Origin: Deferribacterales bacterium
Lineage (GTDB): Bacteria > Chrysiogenota > Deferribacteres > Deferribacterales > Geovibrionaceae
Assembly (NCBI GenBank): GCA_050253335.1
Contig: JBFWJG010000046.1
Location: 1-18,270 of the forward strand
Length of the DNA: 18,270 nucleotides
Direction of reading: 5' to 3'
Shown: in pieces, positions 8,678 through 15,550 of the stretch
Layout: each line of letters begins with the position of its first letter
Position numbering within the stretch: position 1 is the stretch's first letter
Notes under the pieces: generated by a model
What the model saw: the letters and a program-made list of their open reading frames with translations, nothing else
Database searches by the model: none
Told to the model about the DNA's origin: nothing
Position numbers and translations under genes: made by a program

Positions 8678-9648
8678 GAACGCACCTTGGTGAATATTAT
8701 GCGCCCGGATTCTGTCTGAAGAAGGCTTGTCACATTCACCTTCACGGTTTCGCCCATCATCTTGCGGCCGTTCTCAAGCACAACCATTGTGCCGTCATCC
8801 AGATAGCCCACACCCTGCCCGTGTTCCTTGCCCTCCTTCACAATTGTGATCATGAGGTCTTCCCCGGGGAGAATGTTCTGGCGCATTGCCATGGCGAGGT
8901 TATTGAGGTTGATTGCCTTGATGTTCTGTATCTCCGCCACTTTGAGCAGGTTGAAATCAGTGGTTATTATATAAGCTTTGAGCTTCTTGGCCAGAGCCAC
9001 AAGCTTTTCGTCCACGGTTCCCATATCGGTGAAATCCGTCTGGTTTATCTCAACCGGAATCTTTGTCTGCTCCTGAAGCTTCTTGAGGACATTAAGTCCT
9101 CTGCGCCCTTTCTGCCTGCGCAGATGATCATGGGAATCAGCAATGTTCTGAAGTTCCTTGAGCACAAATGTGGGTATAACAAGCGCGCCTTCCATCAGCT
9201 CCGTATCAACAATATCCGCAATGCGGCCGTCTATGAGCGTGGATGTGTCAAGTACCTTCTGCTGGGCGGCGTATTTCACTGTTTTCTGCTTTGAGCTGAG
9301 TATCTTGGAGAACAGAAGCTCAAACACCCAGTGAACCTTCATTCCGAGAATTATGCCCAGATAAAGCATGAAGAAATAGAGACCGAGCTTGACCGCCTCA
9401 TTAGTCACCAGAGAGTCGAAAATAGTCGCCAGAAGATAGGCAATCAGTGAGAAAACCACCCCCCCGACTGCTCCTGCCAGAAACTTGTAGCTCTTAAAGT
9501 CCGAAAAAAGACTTTCTATGAAGTAGATGGAGAAAATCAGCACGACCGCGTAGGTCACTGCGTAGTAAATGTCGATGCCGAGAGACTCGTGCATCAGGAC
9601 AAATACAAGAAAAATCATAACTGAGTATAAAAACCTGAAAAGCCACAT
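8674..9648 (-). CDS. Membrane-anchored PIN/TRAM domain protein (YacL family)
   Basis: About four N-terminal TM segments, PIN motifs (VLDTSTLIDGRI, FVLKELQ, VDEKLV, TTDFNL) and a TRAM region (GKEHGQGVGYLDDGTMVV). It lies directly upstream of ispD, as Bacillus yacL does. Confidence 0.92.
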   Translation of the reverse strand: MWLFRFLYSVMIFLVFVLMHESLGIDIYYAVTYAVVLIFSIYFIESLFSDFKSYKFLAGAVGGVVFSLIAYLLATIFDSLVTNEAVKLGLYFFMLYLGIILGMKVHWVFELLFSKILSSKQKTVKYAAQQKVLDTSTLIDGRIADIVDTELMEGALVIPTFVLKELQNIADSHDHLRRQKGRRGLNVLKKLQEQTKIPVEINQTDFTDMGTVDEKLVALAKKLKAYIITTDFNLLKVAEIQNIKAINLNNLAMAMRQNILPGEDLMITIVKEGKEHGQGVGYLDDGTMVVLENGRKMMGETVKVNVTSLLQTESGRIIFTKVRS

Positions 9649-9665
9649 AGCTTCCCCCTGAATAG

Positions 9666-9700
9666 AAAAAACAGCCCCGCCGTCAGTCTAAGCGGCGGGG
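9666..9700 (-). terminator. Intrinsic terminator-like hairpin between yggT and the PIN/TRAM gene
   Basis: The minus strand reads CCCCGCCG-cttagactga-CGGCGGGG-ctg-TTTTTT: an 8-bp all-GC stem followed by a U tract. Confidence 0.6.
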
Positions 9701-9746
9701 AAAAAGACTATAGTCCCAATATGGTCGTATTTATAAAAAAAGCAAG

Positions 9747-10562
9747 CTACAGCAAACCGATAAGTCTTTCCAGCATAAGACGGGCGAAATATATCACGAT
9801 AAGCAGTATTATAGGGCTGATATCTATGAAGCCCAGAGGCGGAATAATTTTTCTGAACGGCTCCATAACAGGTTCCGTCATTGCGATGACAAACTGAACC
9901 ACAGGGTTTCTCGGATCCGGACTCACCCATGACATAAGCGCGCGGATAATAATAAGCCATGTGAAAAGGCTCAGCAGATCCACAAGAACCCTTACCCCGC
10001 CCGCGGCGGCGCCTTTAACGGCGGGAACAAGCTGGATTCCGCCGGTCGTGGTCATATAGAAGCCCAGATGAAACAGTGTGTCCACAGCTACAAAAAGAAC
10101 GAAAAGAACAATCAGCGCCGGAAGAACGACTGTGTTTCCCGGAAGGTTTATGAATGTTCTTGTAAGCTTCACCCAAGGCAGTGCTATGCGGTAGAAAAAC
10201 GTTGAATATGTTGTGGAGCCGAAACGGTTTGTTGTGCTGCCGACAAGAACCGCAATCACATAAAAAAGCAGGATAAAACGAAGAACATCGTCAAAGGCAT
10301 AGAAAAAGCCCCAGACAAGTCCGGTTCCGCCGAGAAAAGAAACAGTAAGTCCGTAGAAAACAGCCAGAGCCGCCACAAAAAAAGGCGCAAGAGTGTCCGT
10401 GCGCTTCTTGGTCATTTTAAGCATGTTCATATATATCGGGTTGGTTACGGAAGCAACCAGCTTACCCAGCGGATTAAAGTGAAGCTCCTGCGAGGTCATT
10501 GCGGCATGGAGCAGAATCACGCATGTTATAAACTTTACAGCGAAGCCGATTATAATAATCAT
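9747..10562 (-). CDS. yggT: YggT family membrane protein (extended, 271 aa)
   Basis: Canonical C-terminal YGGT motif IIRALMSWV..NPVVQFVIAMTEPVMEPFRKIIPPLGFIDISPII; located downstream of yggS. Confidence 0.88.
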   Translation of the reverse strand: MIIIIGFAVKFITCVILLHAAMTSQELHFNPLGKLVASVTNPIYMNMLKMTKKRTDTLAPFFVAALAVFYGLTVSFLGGTGLVWGFFYAFDDVLRFILLFYVIAVLVGSTTNRFGSTTYSTFFYRIALPWVKLTRTFINLPGNTVVLPALIVLFVLFVAVDTLFHLGFYMTTTGGIQLVPAVKGAAAGGVRVLVDLLSLFTWLIIIRALMSWVSPDPRNPVVQFVIAMTEPVMEPFRKIIPPLGFIDISPIILLIVIYFARLMLERLIGLL

Positions 10563-10580
10563 TTAAACAATTTCCTCCTT

Positions 10581-11270
10581 TCAGGAGCGCCCGCCGAAAA
10601 GGGCAGTTCCTATTCTGATCAGCGTGGAGCCTTCCTCCACGGCGACAGTGAAATCATCGCTCATCCCCATGGAGAGGATTTGCAGATCTATATTTTCCGA
10701 TGCGAATTTTCCTTTCATCTCCTCCATAAGCTCCCTTGTGCGTGCGAAATGAACTCTGTTCTCCTCTGCCTCGTTAACCAAAGGGGGCATCATGGTGAAG
10801 CCTTTTACTCTTATGTGTCTGCATTTTGAGGCAGCTTCAAGCAGTGCGGGCAGTTCCGCGACATCCACGCCGGATTTGGCGGGATCATCTGCCACGTTAA
10901 CTTGAATCAGCACATCCTGCACCCTGTTCTCACGGGCAAAATGCTTCTCCATTTCATTAAGAAGCGGAATCCTGTCCACAGAGTGGATCAGGCTGAAGCT
11001 GTCTTTAAGATATTTTACCTTATTAGTCTGCAGATGTCCGATGAAATGGAGCTCAAGATCCTTTAAATCTCTTAATTTCTCACGCTTTTCCAGAGCTTCC
11101 TGCACCTTGTTTTCACCGAAGAGCCTCTGCCCCTGTCCGTAAGCATCGATTATGCTTTCTGCGGGAAAGGTTTTACTCACCGCAAGGAGAGTCACGCTGT
11201 CTGTCCGCCCTGCCCTTTTCAGGGCTTCGGCGGCTTCCCGCATTATTTTTTCTTTCCGTTCGCTGAACAA
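10581..11270 (-). CDS. yggS: Pyridoxal phosphate homeostasis protein (YggS/PROSC)
   Basis: Motifs LAVSKTF (PLP lysine), FGENKVQE, HFIGHLQTNKVK, LSMGMSDDF and IRIGTALFG; TTG start. Confidence 0.95.
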   Translation of the reverse strand: MFSERKEKIMREAAEALKRAGRTDSVTLLAVSKTFPAESIIDAYGQGQRLFGENKVQEALEKREKLRDLKDLELHFIGHLQTNKVKYLKDSFSLIHSVDRIPLLNEMEKHFARENRVQDVLIQVNVADDPAKSGVDVAELPALLEAASKCRHIRVKGFTMMPPLVNEAEENRVHFARTRELMEEMKGKFASENIDLQILSMGMSDDFTVAVEEGSTLIRIGTALFGGRS

Positions 11271-11271
11271 T

Positions 11272-12012
11272 TTACTTCCTCATCAGGACGGAGATCATCC
11301 TTCCTGTTCTGCCGCTGTCCCTTCTGTATGAGAAGAGATAATCAGAGGCATATGTGCAGTCGTTAACCATGATGATTTCGGGCACACCCGCGTTTTTCAG
11401 CACTTTTTCAATGCTTCCGCCTATGGAGAAGCAGGTTTTTCCGCAGATATTCTCCACACTTTCGCCGTGACCCGCCGCTTTAAAAATATCGGCAACCTCG
11501 CTTCCCACCTCAAAGTTCGCGGTGCTTATTCCGGGGCCGATAACAGCCTTAACAACCCTGTCGCCGGCTTTTGCAAACATTTCAAGCGCCTTTTCCGTGA
11601 TGCCCGCCGCAAAGCTTTTCCAGCCGCAGTGAAGGCTGGCGATGCACTCACGGCCTATCAGATGTACGTTCCAGCAGTCAGCAGTGAGTATGCCCAATGC
11701 TATTCCCCGCTCACGGGTGAAGAGTCCGTCACCTTCGGAGAACATCACATCAGCAATATTATCCGCAGTGACTTCCCTGATCACGTCACCGTGAACCTGA
11801 GTGAGGGTCACAAGTCTGTTTATATTCCACGCTGTTTTAAGCTTCTCAAGATTTTTCAGCACCTTAAAACAGTCATCCCCCACATGCAGAGCGGCATTGA
11901 ACGAGGCATATTCCCCTTCTGAATACCCGCCTCTGTTTGTGGAGGTTATCTGCAGAATATCTTTGTCGTCAACGGCGCAGATGTATTCCGCGCCGTGTTT
12001 TGAAACAAGCAA
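11272..12012 (-). CDS. pgeF: PgeF/YfiH family protein (peptidoglycan editing factor / purine nucleoside phosphorylase-like)
   Basis: His-Cys-His triad motifs QVHG, TADC and HCGW, plus GPGIS..FEVG and FSYRR..GRTGRM. Start moved to TTG 12012, 2 nt after the upstream stop, with AGGA upstream. Confidence 0.9.
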   Translation of the reverse strand: MLVSKHGAEYICAVDDKDILQITSTNRGGYSEGEYASFNAALHVGDDCFKVLKNLEKLKTAWNINRLVTLTQVHGDVIREVTADNIADVMFSEGDGLFTRERGIALGILTADCWNVHLIGRECIASLHCGWKSFAAGITEKALEMFAKAGDRVVKAVIGPGISTANFEVGSEVADIFKAAGHGESVENICGKTCFSIGGSIEKVLKNAGVPEIIMVNDCTYASDYLFSYRRDSGRTGRMISVLMRK

Positions 12013-12014
12013 AA

Positions 12015-12836
12015 CTACTTCCTGTCCTGAAGCTTGGCAAGGAGCCTGAGTATCTCGATATAAAGCCAGATAAGCGTTACCATCAGGCCGAAAGCCGCAT
12101 ACCATTCCATGTATTTGGGAGCGCCCATTTCAGCGCCGTTTTCGATAAAGTCGAAATCGAGCACAAGGTTAAGCGCGGCGATAATAACCACTACAACGCT
12201 TATGCCGATGCTGAGCGGGCTGGAATCGTGCATGAAATTCATCTGTATGCCGAAAAAACCGAGAATGAAGCTTGCCAGATACAGAATCATTATTCCGCCA
12301 GTGGCCGCAACAACGCCAAGTTTGAAGTTCTCTGTCGCTTTGATGTATCCGCTTGAATAAGCAAGAAGCAGAGCCACAAGCACAGCGACAGTGAGCATCA
12401 CCGCCTGAAGAACTATGCCGGGGTAGCGCATTTCAAACATGATGGATATACCGCCCACGGCAAGCCCCTGAAGAGCGGCGTAAAGGGGAGCGGTTATTGC
12501 GGAGTATTCTTTTTTGAATGTTGTTACAGCAGCCACGATAAGACCGCCGATAATGCCGCCGATCATAAGCGGATAGAGATACTGCACATTTCCGCTGACT
12601 GCCATGTTCCATGGAATATAGCCTGAGATAAGCAGGATGGCGGTGAGGATGAAGGTTTTGTTAACCGTCCCTCTTATTGTCATCTCGCCGTCAAATCTCG
12701 CGGCGGCTGTTCCGAGGGAGGCTCCGCTCTCTCCTCTGGAATATGTGGCGCTGGATGCGGCCACTCTTTCCCCTCTGGCGGCTGCGGCCGCTTTCTCGAA
12801 TGCTTTGTCCGTAAGCATGGGGTTTGATGTTCTCAT
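12015..12836 (-). CDS. Bax inhibitor-1/YccA family membrane protein
   Basis: N-terminal MRTSNP, MTIRGTVNKT, APLYAALQGL, NLVLDFDFIE and EWYAAFGLMVTLIWLYIEILRLL; about seven TM segments; AAGGAG RBS. Confidence 0.9.
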   Translation of the reverse strand: MRTSNPMLTDKAFEKAAAAARGERVAASSATYSRGESGASLGTAAARFDGEMTIRGTVNKTFILTAILLISGYIPWNMAVSGNVQYLYPLMIGGIIGGLIVAAVTTFKKEYSAITAPLYAALQGLAVGGISIMFEMRYPGIVLQAVMLTVAVLVALLLAYSSGYIKATENFKLGVVAATGGIMILYLASFILGFFGIQMNFMHDSSPLSIGISVVVVIIAALNLVLDFDFIENGAEMGAPKYMEWYAAFGLMVTLIWLYIEILRLLAKLQDRK

Positions 12837-12861
12837 GTTGTCTAAGCTCCTTTATATAATA

Positions 12862-12914
12862 ATTCAAAATTTGCCGTCCATGGGGTCTGTTCTTTATTCA
12901 AAATCTCCGTCCGT
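12862..12914. repeat. Short (internally deleted) copy of a palindromic intergenic repeat, unit A
   Basis: 12862-12883 matches 12977-12998 at 21/22 positions, and 12894-12914 matches 13078-13098 at 20/21. Confidence 0.8.
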
Positions 12915-12920
12915 CAATAC

Positions 12921-12952
12921 AGAGATTCTTCGGGCTGAGCCCTCAGAATGAC
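12921..12952 (-). repeat. REP-like palindrome of the GTCATTCTGAG...GAAGAATCT type
   Basis: The minus strand reads GTC-ATTCT-GA-GGGCT-C-AGCCC-GA-AGAAT-CTCT, an imperfect hairpin resembling CGTC-tagged bacterial palindromic repeats. The resemblance is from recall and was not searched. Confidence 0.65.
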
Positions 12953-12975
12953 TGGTAAACAACCCTTTTATAAAT

Positions 12976-13098
12976 TATTCAAAATTTGCCATCCATGGAA
13001 ATTTTGAATACACGCTCGCGCCTTGCAAAGCAAGCCTTCGCTGCGCACGGCGTGACTCCATCCATGGAGTCAGATAATTATTCAAAATCCCCGTCCGT
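12976..13098. repeat. Long copy of the palindromic intergenic repeat (REP/MITE-like), unit B
   Basis: Perfect 12-bp inverted repeat 12976-12987/12999-13010 and 8-bp inverted repeat 13053-13060/13065-13072, both capped by CCATCCATGG. TTATTCAAAAT occurs as a direct repeat at both ends. Confidence 0.8.
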
Positions 13099-13240
13099 TA
13101 TTTCAGAATATATCAACGGCAGAAACTCTTCAAGAGAATCCGCCGTATGCCGTCCGAATCTAAAATATGCCTCTGGTTTTTACAAGACAATAATAACTAT
13201 GAAAAATTCAAATTTATTTTATAGTCCGGACTGTCCGGAA

Positions 13241-14386
13241 TCAGCTTTGACCGTTCAGCATTACTTCTCTGTCGATGAACTGGGTGAATATAAGTGAAAC
13301 AAGAGCCAGAACAGCACCCGCCACAAAAGGGATGCGGTAGTCAAGCATCCACAAAAGCCCGCCTGTAAGCGGTATCACAACCGCCGCTATGTGGTTTATG
13401 GTGAATCCCACAGCCATTGTGGGGGCTATGTCGCCGGTATCGCCTATCTTCTGGAAGAAAGTTCTCACAGCCACTGAGAAGTTGAAAAATATATGATCCA
13501 GTATATACATAACCGCGATTATCCATTTATTGTCCACGTAGGCATAAGCAAGGAAAACGCCGATGAGGCTCACATATTCCATCGAAAGGACACCCCTTTC
13601 GCCGAACCTGTTGATTGCCTTGCCTATCATAGGGTTAAGAAAATAATTCACCGCGTTGTTCACCACAAAAAGCACAGCAATGGCAAAGGCGGAGAAACCG
13701 AACTTCTCCACCATGAGAAACACGGAAAACGCCACGAATATCTGCCTTCTTGCTCCGGCAAGGAACGTGAGCACGTAATACAGCCAGTATTTCTTCCGCA
13801 GGAACATGTTCTTGCGCTGAACAGGCATGTTTTTCTGGGTGGGGTCTATGAAAAGGCAGTAAACTCCGCCCGCGGTGAGAAAAACGCCCACAAGCAGGTA
13901 GATTGTTTTATAATCGAACACTTTGAGCATCCCCATCACAATCAGGCCGACAATGATACTGCATGCGGCGGAGATGCTTCTGAATCTGCTGAGGACAAGA
14001 GGCGTTTCCTGCTTGGTGAAATACTGCAGGGTGAGCGACTGGTTAACTGTTTCGTAGTAGTGAAAGCCGAACGACATCACAAGGGTGGTGAAAATCAGCC
14101 CGTAGTAAGTGGGCATGAACCCCGTGAGACCGACACCTATGCCGAGGAAAATTATGGAAAGCGCCCCCAGCTTATGCTCGGGGATGAACCTGATCACATA
14201 TATGACAAGAAGCGCAAGAAAGCCGGGAATCTCCCTGACGGACTGAATGACCCCCATCTGGTAGCCGTTTATACCCGCCTGCTCCACCGCGAAGTTGTTG
14301 AAAAGCGTCTGCCATGTCTGGAGGCCGACTATGGATGCAACGGTAAGAAGAAACAGGAAGAAATACATTTTATTGTCTCTTGTCAC
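13241..14386 (-). CDS. MFS transporter, substrate unknown
   Basis: 381 aa with about 12 hydrophobic segments and a motif-A-like PMIGKAINRFGER in the second half. GTG start with AGAGGG upstream. Confidence 0.88.
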   Translation of the reverse strand: MTRDNKMYFFLFLLTVASIVGLQTWQTLFNNFAVEQAGINGYQMGVIQSVREIPGFLALLVIYVIRFIPEHKLGALSIIFLGIGVGLTGFMPTYYGLIFTTLVMSFGFHYYETVNQSLTLQYFTKQETPLVLSRFRSISAACSIIVGLIVMGMLKVFDYKTIYLLVGVFLTAGGVYCLFIDPTQKNMPVQRKNMFLRKKYWLYYVLTFLAGARRQIFVAFSVFLMVEKFGFSAFAIAVLFVVNNAVNYFLNPMIGKAINRFGERGVLSMEYVSLIGVFLAYAYVDNKWIIAVMYILDHIFFNFSVAVRTFFQKIGDTGDIAPTMAVGFTINHIAAVVIPLTGGLLWMLDYRIPFVAGAVLALVSLIFTQFIDREVMLNGQS

Positions 14387-14454
14387 CGCACCCTCTTAAA
14401 AAATCATCTAATAATAAAAATCAGATAGCACATTTATTCATAGTATTAAAGAGG

Positions 14455-14481
14455 AAAAAAGGCATCTTTTCAGACAGATGC
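14455..14481 (-). terminator. Intrinsic terminator after the macrodomain gene
   Basis: Immediately after the TAA, the minus strand reads GCATCT-gtctgaaa-AGATGC-c-TTTTTT. Confidence 0.7.
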
Positions 14482-15015
14482 TTAAAATTTTCTCGCCGCC
14501 GCTCTTTCAAACACGGAGAGGTCTTTATCGGAAAACAGACATATGACAATTTTTTTCAGGTTTTCCGGAGCGTTCTCCGCAAAATCCGTTATCGCCTTGA
14601 TAATTATCTCCGCCGCCTCGTCCTCGGGAAAGCCGTTTATGCCCATTGAAACAGCAGGGAGAGCAATGGAGGAAAGCCCCTTTGCCTCTGCGGTCATGAG
14701 GCTTGTGAAAACTGCGCCGTAAAGATTTTTCTCCGGTGCGGGGTCTATTCCGTATCTGGGGCCTGCAGCGTGAACGACATATTTCGCTTTAAGATTTCCG
14801 CCGCCTGTGATAACTGCTGAACCCAGAGGGCAGTAGCCAATTGCATCGCATTCCTTCTGGATGCTTTCGCCCCCCTTCACCCTGATGGCTCCGGCAACAC
14901 CGCTGCCCAGCTTCAGGTTTGTGTTTGCGGCGTTCACAATTGCGTCAGTATCAGATTCGGTTATATCGCCTTTTATCAGTCCTAGGGTTACTCCGTTGAC
15001 AAGAATTTTAAGCAT
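14482..15015 (-). CDS. Stand-alone macrodomain (ADP-ribose-binding/hydrolase) protein
   Basis: Motifs KGDIT, DAIVNAAN, GSGVAGAI, AVITGGGNLKAKYVVHAAGP and IALPAVSMGINGFP. Confidence 0.93.
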   Translation of the reverse strand: MLKILVNGVTLGLIKGDITESDTDAIVNAANTNLKLGSGVAGAIRVKGGESIQKECDAIGYCPLGSAVITGGGNLKAKYVVHAAGPRYGIDPAPEKNLYGAVFTSLMTAEAKGLSSIALPAVSMGINGFPEDEAAEIIIKAITDFAENAPENLKKIVICLFSDKDLSVFERAAARKF

Positions 15016-15550
15016 TGCCGGCTCCTGTCCTTGTTTTGTGTTCCGATTTCCATTTTTCGTATATCTTAATAAAAACCGGATGGTAGCTGAGCGATGGATC
15101 CATGCGGAGATAATTCATTGTTTCGTCCATCTTCTCCTCCGGAACAGCGATGAACTGTCCGGAGCCTTCCGCATATACCGTGCCTTCACTGTCTTTTATA
15201 CACCCCGAGGCCTCATAAAACATCCTGTTTTTTCCCGAATATGATGTAATGAGCGTGAGGGGAGTTTCGGAAGGGGTGTTTTTTCTGAATTTCACATTGA
15301 GATTTCTGGTGAAGCAGAGCGTGTCCATTGTGCCGAAGACGCTGGCGCTCCAGCCCATGCACTCGTCCAGCAGGGCGGAAACAATTCCGCCGTGCACAAC
15401 GCCCTTAAAACCGCAGAAGCGGGCGGGGATGCACAAATCCGCCTTTACATGATTATCTTCCACATAAAAGCGCGCATCCACGCCGAAAGTGTTTTCCTCA
15501 CCGCAGATAAAGCATCCGCTGGAGTGAGGGAGATAGTATCTTACGCCCAT
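15008..15550 (-). CDS. PaaI-family hotdog-fold thioesterase
   Basis: Active-site helix GVVHGGIVSALLDECMG, TRNLNVKFRKNTP and N-terminal CFICGEENTFG. Confidence 0.9.
   Translation of the reverse strand: MGVRYYLPHSSGCFICGEENTFGVDARFYVEDNHVKADLCIPARFCGFKGVVHGGIVSALLDECMGWSASVFGTMDTLCFTRNLNVKFRKNTPSETPLTLITSYSGKNRMFYEASGCIKDSEGTVYAEGSGQFIAVPEEKMDETMNYLRMDPSLSYHPVFIKIYEKWKSEHKTRTGAGNA

Noticed and set aside
8674..9648. PIN domain gene as a VapC toxin of a toxin-antitoxin pair
   Set aside because: The TM-PIN-TRAM architecture and ispD linkage identify the housekeeping YacL family, and there is no adjacent antitoxin ORF.
12013..12105. N-terminal extension of pgeF in the ORF track
   Set aside because: It overlaps the conserved C-terminus of the BI-1/YccA gene. 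TTG 12012 with an RBS gives a normal-length protein.
12862..13098. Four ATTCAAAAT-containing repeats as a possible mini CRISPR array
   Set aside because: Spacing is highly irregular, the repeats alternate between two types, the intervening sequences are themselves palindromic, and no cas genes are present.
12986..13297. 103-aa plus-strand ORF in the intergenic region
   Set aside because: It has a TTG start inside a hairpin with no RBS, runs through the repeats, overlaps the MFS 3' end and has no recognisable motif.
13493..14428. 311-aa plus-strand ORF
   Set aside because: It lies almost entirely antisense to the MFS gene, and its H/K/E-rich composition is what the reverse complement of hydrophobic codons produces.
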